Origin: Malacoraja senta
Lineage: Eukaryota
Direction of reading: 5' to 3'
Assembly: GCA_038087875.1 (NCBI GenBank)
Contig: CM075998.1
Location: 3,474,001-3,538,000 of the forward strand
DNA length: 64,000 nucleotides
Positions 53,701 to 64,000 of this stretch are shown piece by piece (the stretch's first letter is position 1; every line of letters starts with the position of its first letter). The position numbers and the translations under genes are program-made. The notes under the pieces are model-generated. The model did no database searches. It had not been told where the DNA came from and was given only the letters and a program-made list of their open reading frames with translations.

Positions 53701-56700
53701 CATGCAGTGATCATTAATGAGGAATGAAAAGCGCAAACGCAAACCACCTTTGCATGCGTTGACAAAACGCAGATAACAGCAATCATATTCCAGCAACACT
53801 GCATCAGCATTAATAACAATTTCACCTCCATGCTGTTATTAAAAGTTACATGCAAAGCTTTCTAGCAGCAAAAAAAATGGACAAAATGTTTCTCAGTCTC
53901 AGATAGGTCAGCTAGTCCCAGCACTTTGTCTATAGTCGGTCTCAGCACCCTGAAGTGGGGGCACGGGAAATGCTGGGGTGAAAGGAAGGAGGCTGCAGAA
54001 TGAAGTCTTGCTTTTTGATAACTATCCAGTGATGCTTACTGTGCTGGTGAGCTTCAGACAAGGACAAAGTCAAATTGAGTTGGGCTCGTTCCTTAATTAA
54101 ATAGCATGGCAACACTCAACGGTCTAGGATCGAAGAATGGCAAAAGCCTTTCACTATACCTCGGTGGCACACATGACAATAAACTAAACTAAACTGTTGG
54201 CGAGTCAGGCCAGGTTTTAGAGTACTAGCTGTGCACATGGAGGGACAAACCTAAGAACCTGCAATTTCTGGACAAACTATCTCTCAATTCTACAAAACTA
54301 ATTAAGCACACACTACAAAACTAGCCTGAGCATTCCAAAACCCATTTATATCACACTAATCACTCACTGGACCAAGTTGACAACGTGTTCCAGAACTATT
54401 CAGGACAGGGAAAAAAAGCATGTGGAAGGTGCCTTTCATGCAATCTTGAAATGGACGCAAAAGTCACAATAGCCACATACCACTTTTAATGTGTGGTTGC
54501 CATCAGGCCAAATGCACACAAGCACCAGGCCAATATTGAGCAGGTTGCATAATGATAAAAAGAAAAATTAGTCGGCATATGCTCATTGAATGTCCCCTTC
54601 ACAGTTGTCTATCCATTCCCTCCATAGTTGTTGCCTGACCAGCTGAATTACTCCGGTACTTTGTGTTTGCTTGAGATTCCAGCATCTGCAGTCCCTTGTA
54701 TCCGCATTGCTTTGCATTTGCTAAATTCAGCAACACCTCCCCACTGCTGAATACAACCTACTCACTGCCTACCACATCGTGCCTCTCCCAAAAAGAAGGC
54801 TTCACGAAGAATGAATTGCAGTAATGTGCGCTGGTTCATCACCTCAGTCAATGCAGCAGATCTTTGCGCACAGCAAAATCCCACAAACTGCAGCAGCACA
54901 GATGACTAATGCGGCCATTTAGGTATAAGCGGTTGACGTTCGTAAGTTCATAAGTCATGGGAGCAGAATTAGGCCATCTGGCCCATCGAGTCTACTCTGT
55001 CCATTCAATCACGGCTGATCTATCTTTCCTCTCAACCCCATTCTCCTGCCTTTTCCCCGTGCCCTCCTCATGAAGGAAGAATATTGAAAGCAGAGTCAGA
55101 ATTCCATGCTTTTCTTCGAACGATATGCATTTTAAATATCCACCCGAATCAACAGAGCAAGCAAAAAAACAAGCAGCCTTGGTTTAAATCTCCTATCAAA
55201 TCTAAATGTGATTAAGAACACATTGCTAGATTAGAGTAAAACCAAATGAAGAATTGTGCTGAAATGCCAAATTGCAAAATTATCATACATACGGTAACAA
55301 TTATGTTACCACCAGGTATCTGCTTGCTCATAGTGGAAGAGATTAAACATTCAATTAACACATAAGCTTTGTTTAGTGCTTACCATAGGACTCGAAGGCA
55401 GGTTAGATCGGAGAACTGGAAGTTACCTTCCTCTCCATTAGCTGCTTGTGGATTGGTATCCGGTGCAGGTATCCATAGCCAATCCCACAGCCCAGGCTGG
55501 GAAAAAAGGTACAAGCGATTTAAACCATGCGCATTAAGCTTTCACAACCTTAATATCAATTACATGTGGTGAAGCTGTCCCAACTAAAAGGTACAGGCAG
55601 TCTCCGGGTTACGGTCTGTAAACCGATTGCAATTAATAATTCCAATAAGGGTTGATAAATATGAATCTAGGATTTATTGTCTTCCCCTGTGTAGTTACAA
55701 TGGAATGGACGCAACACCCCACATCCAATGACCAGTTTCAATGGCCTGAAAGGTGTCGCACTGAGAGCATTGTAGTGAATGATCTCAGAATCACAGAAGG
55801 TCCTATTTATGATGCAGATGCAAGGACATGCAGATGCTGCTTTACAGAAAAACACACAAAGTGCTGGAGTAATTCAGCGGGGACAGGCAGCATCTCTGGA
55901 GAACATGGATAGGTGACGTTTCAGGTTGGGACCCTTCTTCAGACATTGGGGGCGGGGGGGGGGGGGGGGGGGGGAAAGAAAGCTGAAGAGAGGAGGAGGC
56001 AGGTAAAAACCAAGAAGGTAATAGGTTGATGTGTAGGAAGGATCTGCAGATGCTGGTTTTAACCAAAGATAGACACAAAATGCTGGAGTAACTCAGCGGG
56101 ACTGGCAACATCTCTGGAGAGAAGGAATGAGTGATGTTTTGGGTCGAGACCCTTCTTCAGGTAATAGGTTGATACAGGCGAGGGTGGTTTTTGATGGACA
56201 GATGGCGGACAAAGACAAAGATGAAAAGAGATGATGTCCTTTTGTCTCATTTCATGTCATATTCTTTCTGTCATTTCATCTCTGGCCTTTGTCCACCTAT
56301 CAAAACCCCCTTCACCTGTATCTGCCCATGACCGACCAGGCTTTGTCCTGCCCTCCTCTCTCCCAGCTTTCTCCCACCCTACATTCACTCCGAAGAAGGG
56401 TCTCAACCTGAAACATCACCCATCTGTTCTCCAGAGATGCTGCCTGATCCACTGAGTTACTCCAGCATTTTGTGTCCTATTTACAATGAATTGTGGTCAA
56501 CGTCCAAGCTCATTTAATGAGACAGGTCACCGGGCCAGTATATTTCATGGCTGTTTCCTCTTCCATCCATTCTGACACTTGTCCCACATTTACCACAACA
56601 TCCAGATTGGACAAAGGAGGCTTTTTTCTTGTCTCCCAAAAGAAGTTGCAATGCTTAAATCGTGCCAGATTTAATTGGACCTGCAATATTTACTTATTAT

Positions 56701-57211
56701 ACACTCCCAGCATTTGATTTATTGTCTGTTATTCTAACAGTCAAAAGCACACGGTAACTAATTATGGCTGCACAGCGGCACTCTCTGCTCACACTGGCTC
56801 CATGCCATTGAAAATAAGAACACTAAACATGTTTCATCACATAGCTTGGGTTCAGAACATGTTCAGAAGTTGGCACTTTGAAGCGTTTATGAAAATAAAA
56901 AAACAGGCCAAGACAAAAGTAAAGGAAGTGGCTCTGTGAGGGAAGCTTCGAGCAAGAATCATCATGCTGTTGAACATTATACACACATTCACATCACCCG
57001 TTTGGCAACGCCAATAAACTAATACTGCATACCCTATTTAATGTTTAAAGCGACCTCTAGAATGTAACAATGCCGTACCTGCCCTCTCCACCCCATGCAC
57101 CTGTTCGGTTGTGATAATCACCTCCCTACAATTATCTGTGTCAGTGTTGTACACATAGATCTTTAGTGGTTTTCCATTGTGGGACTCAATCAAAGAGAAC
57201 AAGTCTTCAGA
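38570..57211 (-). CDS. GORASP2: Golgi reassembly-stacking protein 2-like (GRASP55-like), last six exons; 5' exons not found; frameshift as assembled
   Basis: Exons 57079-57211 ([39 protein letters not shown]), 55427-55496 ([14 protein letters not shown]..), 51412-51532, 42514-42603, 39988-40116 (NLPNFPNLN) and 38570-38781. The GRASP PDZ2 motifs are unmistakable; the Pro/Ser tail exon pattern resembles GORASP2. Orthology versus paralogy is unresolved. Confidence 0.78.
39988..40116 (-). CDS. GORASP2: GORASP-like exon ([20 protein letters not shown]...TTST)
   Basis: Long polypyrimidine acceptor, gtaaaa donor, 129 nt; LPNFPNLN resembles GORASP2 LPNLPNLN. Confidence 0.78.
42514..42603 (-). CDS. 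GORASP2: GORASP-like exon ([19 protein letters not shown]...STVPG)
   Basis: ttgctttcag acceptor, gtatgc donor, 90 nt, phase 1 to 1. Confidence 0.72.
45355..45542. mobile_element. PIF/Harbinger-type MITE
   Basis: TIRs GGGCCTGTCCCACTTGGCCGTCATTTGCG, TTA duplication. Confidence 0.8.
46400..46660 (+). repeat. Same 66-bp Penelope-derived unit, about 4 tandem copies, opposite orientation
   Basis: Repeated cactctgtgaaacgtcacctatccatgttctccacagatgctgcctgacccgctgagttactccag. Confidence 0.9.
47750..48227 (+). mobile_element. Ingi/Vingi-like LINE 3' fragment with (GAA)n tail
   Basis: [31 protein letters not shown] and Cys-knuckle remnants across frames; ends atacgacagaagaagaag. Confidence 0.6.
51412..51532 (-). 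CDS. GORASP2: GORASP-like exon ([17 protein letters not shown]...TFTPG)
   Basis: ctttgtag acceptor, 121 nt, phase 0 to 1; resembles the GORASP2 VQLSS exon. Confidence 0.7.
55427..55496 (-). CDS. GORASP2: GORASP-like exon ([23 protein letters not shown])
   Basis: ttttcccag acceptor; in-frame donor AAG|gtaact (alternative donor ATG|gtaagc ending at 55384 is out of frame). Confidence 0.8.
57079..57211 (-). CDS. GORASP2: GORASP-like exon (PDZ2), 133 nt, 2 nt longer than the conserved frame needs
   Basis: ttccag acceptor, CAG|gtacgg donor; [32 protein letters not shown], with WGGEG in a shifted frame. Confidence 0.88.
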
Positions 57212-59169
57212 CTGGAATAGAACAAAGAAAAATAGTGTTAGTCCTTCCTCTGGCTCCTCCTCCCCGATTTATATACCAACAGATAAATCACACAAAAATG
57301 TTGTTTCCTTTCGCCTCCATACACCATCCTGTCCACACTTTTTTGCAAGAAATACAAAAGTAACTTACTTTAAGTAGCACAAACTTACTTAAGTAGCACA
57401 ATACATAGAAACATAGAAAATAGGTGCAGGAGTAGGCCATTCGGCCCTTCGAGCCTGCACCGCCATTCAATATGATCGTGGCTGATCATCCAACTCAGTA
57501 TCCCGTACCTGCCTTCTCTCCATACCCCCTGATCCCTTTAGCCACATCTAACTCCCTCTTAAATATAGCCAATGAACTGGCCTCAACTACCTTCTGTGGC
57601 AGAGAATTCCACAGATTCACCACTCTCTGTGTGAAAAATGATTTTCTCATCTCGGTCCTAAAAGACTTCCCCCTTATCCTCAAACTGTAACCCCTTGTTC
57701 TGGACTTCCCCAACATCGGGAATACTTAAAACAAAAAAAAAACTTCAGCCATCAGTAATAGTGCGACTACTTTGTGTCACATAAGCTTGAACAAACAAAT
57801 TACAGCTTCCCAAGTTAGAACTGATGGCCATTTTTCCACTGAATCTTGAAAAATAAATACAATTGTGGTAAAGAAAGGAGAATGAAAGAAATAGGGGAGC
57901 ACAGAACCACACCGATCACCTCCAGTTTGTGACTCCCCTTCCCACCGGGAGGTTGTATTACATGTGGAAAAAAAGCTACACGTAACACACAGTTGCACGG
58001 ATGTACATTTAAACGTCAGTCATTGAAACAGCGGAACAGCGTGGAGATCTCATCAAATTAACTTTTTCATTCTCTTCTTTAATAACTGCCATATCAGTCA
58101 GCATATATATCCACAGAAACATCCAGGAGAATTGGTTAACTCTCGCAGCACGCTGGCGCAGCGGGTAGAGTTGCTGCCTCACAGCGCCAGAAACCCGGGT
58201 TCAATCCTGACTGTGGGAGCTGTCTTCACGAAGTTTGTACGTTCTCCCCGTGACCTGCGTGGGGTTTCTCCGGGTGCCCCGGTTTCCTCCCGCACTCCAA
58301 ACATGCACAGGTTTGTAGATTACTTGGCTTCGATAAAATTGTCCCGTGTGTGTGCGTACAAGCGTGCATGTAGGATAGTGTTAGTGTGCGGAGATCGCTG
58401 GTCGGTGCGGACTCGGTGGGCCGAAGGGCCTGCTTCCGCGCTGTATCTCTAAAACTAAACTAACCTACAGTAGCTTCATTTACTTAATAACTAATGAGGA
58501 TACATATTTCATGACTCAGACAGAGAGATGTACTGGGCCACTACATTGCACATCATGGCTTAAATGCTTTTTTCTGTTGAACTTAGCCAAAAGGGCACTG
58601 TTATATTTCAGTATTTGAAATGCAGCAAAAACCTTTGGGATTCAACGGACACTGCATCACAGTATGTGTCTGCGGCTTAGACTGACAAGCTTGCCTGAGA
58701 TTTCACCACCAAAAAACGCACAATAGAACATTTCACTGGGCATTTTGTCCAAGATGAGTCGTGCTCTTTACATTAAACACTGTAGAACTGGTCAGTCACA
58801 CCGTGCTGATTATGAATGAGGCAGGTATCGGGATCCAGAATGTCATGACACAGGAGCCGTAACCTGTGCATTTGTCCAATAGTTTTGAGGTTCTTGCAGT
58901 CTGTGTGAATGAAAACAGTGACTGCTGGGTGAATGAGCAAATGGATCACAACACTGTGATAAAGGGGCTCTCCCTGCCCCACCTCAACTCACACCTATTT
59001 CTCCCCTCCCCCCCCCCCCCCCCGACCCTACCGACATTCCTTCCTCTAGCTTCACAATTCGCAACTCTTGAATCCTTTTGTCTCACACCTTCTGTCTTTT
59101 CATCTCTGGCATTTTCCCAACCATCTGCCTTTCAAAACACCTCCCCTCAACTTGGATCAACCCATTACC

Positions 59170-59492
59170 GCAATGGGCTAAGTGTTCGGCTGGCAACCGG
59201 AAGGTAGCCGGTTCGAATCCCGCTTTGAGTGCATACTGTTGTTGTGTCCTCGGGCAAGACACTTCACCCACCCTTGCCTGCGTGTGAATGTGTGTGAGTG
59301 ATTGGTGGTGGTCGGAGGGGACGTAGGCGCAGATTAGCAGCCACGCTTCCGTCAGTCTGCCCAGGGCAGCTGTGGCTACAGAAGTAGCTCACCACCACCG
59401 AGTGTGACTGAGGAGTGAATGAATAATGCGATGTAAAGCGCCTTGAGTATTAGAAAGGCGCTATATAAATCCCATCCATTATTATTATTATT
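59170..59492 (+). mobile_element. tRNA-derived SINE with L2-type 3' tail, distinct from the dominant V-SINE
   Basis: B-box GGTTCGAATCC, tail gtaaagcgccttgagtattagaaaggcgctatataaat(TAT)n, ATTACC duplication. Confidence 0.8.
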
Positions 59493-61708
59493 ATTACCTG
59501 CCAGGCTTGTCCTGCCCCTCCCGTCTTTCAGTTTTCTTTTCTCTCCCCCCCCCCCCCCCCCCCCCCCACAATCAGTGTGAAGGGACCAGACACAAAAGTC
59601 ACCTATCCATGTTCTCCAGAGATGCTGCCTGACTCGCTGAGTTACTCCAGCGCTTTATGTCTCTTTCTGTGGTAAACGGAGCCTTTCAAGTTAGGAGAGT
59701 GAAAGGAATCGCAGTGGTAATAAGAAATAGTGCTGTTAGACGGAGAACCAGCAACATACAGGACAAAGGAGATGGTTCTAATGAAGGAATGAGCACTTTT
59801 TTTTTTAAAGGAGGACCGACCGCAAAGATAATAAATCACTGGATTATTATATAAAATGCAAATTTGCACAGGGTAAATAAAGTAAGAAAGTTGAATAAGT
59901 GGCTCAAACTTTGTATGAGAGAAAGGAATTTCAATTCATGGGGCACAGGGAGCAGCATTGGGGAAAGAGAGAACCGTTCTAGGTTTCTCTTGAATCAAGC
60001 TGGGACCTGTTGCACTAACGAACAAAATAACTAGGCCTGCAGATGAGGCATTATTAAATCATGGATAAAAGAGGAAAGGGTGAGGAGGGTTCTGGTGAAC
60101 CTGGTGAAAAGGTGAAAGACAAAGTTTAAAAAAATCATTGGAATGCAAACAACATCGTAAATAGGTTGACACAAAAAGCTGGAGTAACTCAGCGGGTCAG
60201 ACAGCATCTCTGGAGAGAAGGAATGGGTGACATTTTGGATCTGAAGAAGGGTCTCCACCCGAAACGTTTCGAATCGAGACCCTTCTTCAGACTGCGAGTC
60301 AGGGGAAAGGGAAACTAGAGATATAGACGGTGATGTAGAGAGATATAGAACAAATGAATAAAAGGTCTGCAAAAAAGTAACGATGATAAGGGAAACAGGC
60401 TATTGGTAGCTGTGGGCTGGGTGAAAACAAGTTACAAACAATGCGACTCAACAAGACAACTTTGAAACCAGCACAATAACTTGGGTGGGGCAGGGGCAGA
60501 GAGAGAGAGAGAGAATGCAAGTTACTTGAAGTTAGAGAAATCAATGTTCATACCACTGGGTGTGAGCTACCCAAGCGAAATACGAGGTGCTGTTCCTCCA
60601 ATTTGCATTTGGCCTCACTCTGACAGTGGAGGAGGCCCAGGACAGAACGGTCAGTATGGGAATGGAAGGGGAATTTCAGTGCTTGGCAACCAGGCGGTGA
60701 ATTAATGCCACAAATAAAAATAAATGGGTCCATGCTAGATGTAGCTGCAAAGTGACTTGGATTAAGAATTAAATTCTCCATGATGCACCACACAGGGGCG
60801 ACAGGAAAAATGGAGGAGGAAGCATTGTAGCCTTGATACTAAGGGATAAAGGCAGGGGAACGGAAGGATCCTAACTCAGAAAATCAAGTGGTAGAAGAAG
60901 TTTAGGTAGAGCTAAGAAAGAACAAGGAGCAGAGAACACTGGTGGGAGAACACAGGACCCTCAACCACAGTGGGACGGTAGGGTTGTGTATAAATCAGGA
61001 AGTTAAATACAAAGCAAGGTGGTAATGTGGGCTGTGATGAAGGTTGCTCTTGGATGATACAGGCAACTAAATGAACAAGAATATAACGTTGTAAGCACCC
61101 TCTCTATGTGGCGACTATTTGCATACCTTGGATTGCAAGCAAAGAATTTCAGTGATTTCTCACGTGACAATAAAGTATTCATTCATCACACATGGCAGTT
61201 GGAATATAATGTTGAAAAGAGTAAGGTCAGCTTTTTGTAAAGAGAAAATAGAAAGGAGAGAGATCACATGGTGCTGATGCTCAGAGGAAGCTGGGGGTCC
61301 TTGAACACAAATTACTAAACGTTAATGTGCTGGTATCACGCAATTAGGAGGACAAATAGTATGTTGGGCTTAATTGTAAAAGGATCTCCGTGCAAGAGTG
61401 GGAAGGCTTACTCAAACTATGCAGGGCCGTTACAAGACTGCATCTGGAACTTCGTGGATGTCTGATTTTCTTACCAATATTTGTGTTAAAAGTCCAAGAG
61501 GGATGTGGAGGCTAAACTACTGAGTATATTCAAGAACAATGAATAGATCTTTAGACATTAAGGAAATTGAGAGTTTATGGGGTTAGAGCAGGAAAGCAGC
61601 ACCAAGGTCAAAGTTTAGCCATGATTTTGTTGAATAGGGAGCAGATGTTAGGGGCTGAATGGCCTACTTTAGCTTAGTTTGGAGATACAGCGCGGAAACA
61701 GGCCCTTC

Positions 61709-61908
61709 NNNNNNNNNNNNNNNNNNNNNNNNNNNNNNNNNNNNNNNNNNNNNNNNNNNNNNNNNNNNNNNNNNNNNNNNNNNNNNNNNNNNNNNNNNNN
61801 NNNNNNNNNNNNNNNNNNNNNNNNNNNNNNNNNNNNNNNNNNNNNNNNNNNNNNNNNNNNNNNNNNNNNNNNNNNNNNNNNNNNNNNNNNNNNNNNNNNN
61901 NNNNNNNN
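61709..61908. other. Assembly gap (200 N)
   Basis: Run of N. Confidence 0.99.
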
Positions 61909-62559
61909 CTATCTATAAAACCTAATGTTTAAGAAAGAACTGCAGATGCTGGAAATATTTAGGCAACCTCCTCTCTTTCCAGAATCTATAAAACCTAAAT
62001 GCGTTAAAAGTAACAAATCTAACTTTTTTTCAAATTTCCCTTTGTAACCCTACATTAACCTCAAAAAATAATATCCAAACCTCAAATCTTTTGCTGGGTA
62101 GCAGTATTAGCTGTATAAGATTGTTAAGGGCTTGGACGCGCTAGAGGCAGGAAACATGTTCCCGATGATGGGGGAGTCCAGAACCAGGGGCCACACAGTT
62201 TAAGAATAAGGAGTAAGCCATTTAGAACGGAGATGAGGAAACACTTTTCTCACAGAGAGTGGTGAGTCTGTGGAATTCTCTGCCTGGTGGAGGCAGGTTC
62301 TCTGGATGCTTTCAAGAGAGAGCTAGATAGGGCTCTTAAAAATAGCGGAGTCAGGGGATATGGGGAGAAGACAGGAACGGGGTACTGATTGGGGATGATC
62401 AGCCATGATCACATTGAATGGTGGTGCTGGCTTGAAGGGCCAAATGGCCCACTCCTGCACCTATTGTCTATTGTCTATTGTCTATATTTACAATAATTTA
62501 TGGTTTTGAAGTTGCTGTCATTTAGCAAGATGTTTTTAAAGTTTTTTTTAAAAGAGGAC

Positions 62560-63690
62560 GTGAGTAAAAAGGTTACGTGGTTTGGTTTATCGTTTTTTGC
62601 TGAGTGCCTTTGAGGATTTGATTCGTTAAAGGGGAATGATGAATATCTCCTGTGACTTTCTCCACAAATGTTTTAGTACAGCAGACTTTACGACAGCATG
62701 GCAGAGACGAGAGATGGGCATTATGGCTGGGTGTGTGGCGTCAGCCTATACACGGGCCACTTATGGTCGAACCCTCGTCAGGAGGTACGAGGGCGGGCAC
62801 GTGACGTCATGGGCTAGAGGGAGTGTCCTGGTACTTAAGGTTATCTCACCTCGAGACCTTAGTAGTCAACAGGTAGCTGAGCCCGAGAGGACAACCTCGC
62901 TCAGCTACAGCAACAATGTTAATATAGTTTAGCGGACCAACCTAACGTGTCGAACCTGAATAAACAACTGTTTGAACCTGCTGACGTCTCACCTTTATTC
63001 ACCACGTTTGGTGCCGCTACAGGTGTACCATTTCCTCATTAGCGTTTAGAGCGGCGAAGGAGCGAGTGATTAGAGCATCACGGTGGATCCTCAGCGGGGA
63101 GATATGGCAGGATGGGCCGCGCCTCCCTCCAATCAGGGCCTATATGGATGACGTGACCTTGGTGACCACAACAGTAGCTTGCACAAGAAGCTTGTTCGAG
63201 AAGTTAAATGATAATCTTAAACGGGCTAGATTGAAGATTAAGCCTAGTAAATCACAGAGTATTTATTTGGCAAGAGGAAAGGTAGTAGAGAAAAGGTTCT
63301 GTGTGGATGAAGAAGAAATCCCGTCCATAATGGAGAAACCAGTTAAAAGTTTGGGTGTTTAAGAAGGAACTGCAGATGCTGGAAAATCGAAGGTAGACAA
63401 AAGTGCTGGAGAAACTCAGCGGGTGCAGCAGCATCTATGGAGCAAAGGAAATAGGCAACGTTCGGGCCGAAACGTTGCCTATTTCCTTCGCTCCATAGAT
63501 GCTGCTGTACCCGCTGAGCTTCCCCAGCACTTTTGTCTACCTTAAAAATTTGGGTAGGTGGTTTAACAGGAAGTTGGATGACCCCTGAACAGGTTCAGCA
63601 ACTTAGAAAGGATATTACTGATGGGTTTGAAATGATAGAGAAGTCAGGGCTTCCAGGCAAGTTTGCAGTTTGGGCTATTCCCCAGGTTAA
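62560..63690 (+). mobile_element. Degenerate Hero (R2-group) LINE reverse transcriptase fragment with nested LTR and Penelope inserts
   Basis: TTAWQ..MGIMAG/CTIS..LAF, IRASRW, RLPPIRAYMDD, LKIKPSKS, EKPVKSLG. Confidence 0.7.
62734..63021 (+). mobile_element. Solo LTR (288 bp), probably Gypsy-type
   Basis: TGTGGCG...CGCTACA termini, 4-bp GGTG duplication, internal AATAAA; splits the GIMAG-CTIS codons of the host LINE. Confidence 0.8.
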
Positions 63691-63719
63691 TGTTTGCAGT
63701 TTGGGCTATTCCCCAGGTG

Positions 63720-64000
63720 GCAAAAACAGGAAAGTAGACTATTATCTGAATGGTGGCCGATTAGAAAAAGGGGAGATGCAACGAGACCTGGGTGTCATGG
63801 TACACCAGTCATTGAAAGTAGGCATGCAGGTGCAGCAGGCAGTGAAGAAAGCGAATGGTATGTCAGCATTCATAGCAAAAGGATTTGAGTATAGGAGCAG
63901 GGAGGTTCTACTGCAGTTGTACAAGGTCTTGGTGAGACCACACCTGGAGTATTGCATACAGTTTTGGTCTCCTAATCTGAGGAAAGACATTCTTGCTATA
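63720..64000 (+). mobile_element. CR1-clade LINE fragment, cut by window edge
   Basis: Nearly identical to the copy at about 22300-22555. Confidence 0.88.

Noticed and set aside
55384..57211. Compensating frameshifts (+2 then +1) restoring the GORASP frame
   Set aside because: The shifted frame meets TAA (ACA AGC AGC TAA) before the putative compensating base.
57220..64000. Upstream GORASP exons
   Set aside because: No GRASP PDZ1 or linker motifs found by eye; they probably lie beyond the window or in the gap.

Overview
Eukaryotic, repeat-dense genomic DNA, most likely from a cartilaginous fish such as a skate or ray (inferred from HE1/V-SINE-type tRNA SINEs, CR1 LINEs and gene content). 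Three spliced genes can be rebuilt by hand from GT-AG exons. (1) CSAD on the minus strand: exons 1-10 span 21950 down to 1 and the gene runs off the left edge; it has a GADL1-like N-terminal extension. (2) A complete 93-aa HIGD1C-like gene on the plus strand (30166-33428). (3) The 3' part of a GORASP2-like (GRASP55) gene on the minus strand (57211 down to 38570), with a +2 frameshift in a conserved PDZ exon; it may be an extra GRASP paralogue. Introns and intergenic DNA hold a near-intact IR/DR Tc1 (Passport-like) transposon, a Penelope GIY-YIG fragment beside a 2.1-kb (TA/CA)n tract, many Penelope termini with hammerhead-ribozyme-like cores arranged as hairpins or 66-bp tandem arrays, Harbinger-type MITEs, a solo LTR inside a Hero-like LINE, L1/L2/CR1/Rex1/Vingi-like fragments, many SINEs and a 200-N gap. 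No CRISPR array, rRNA or true tRNA gene was seen. Family and orthologue assignments come from recalled sequences, not database searches.
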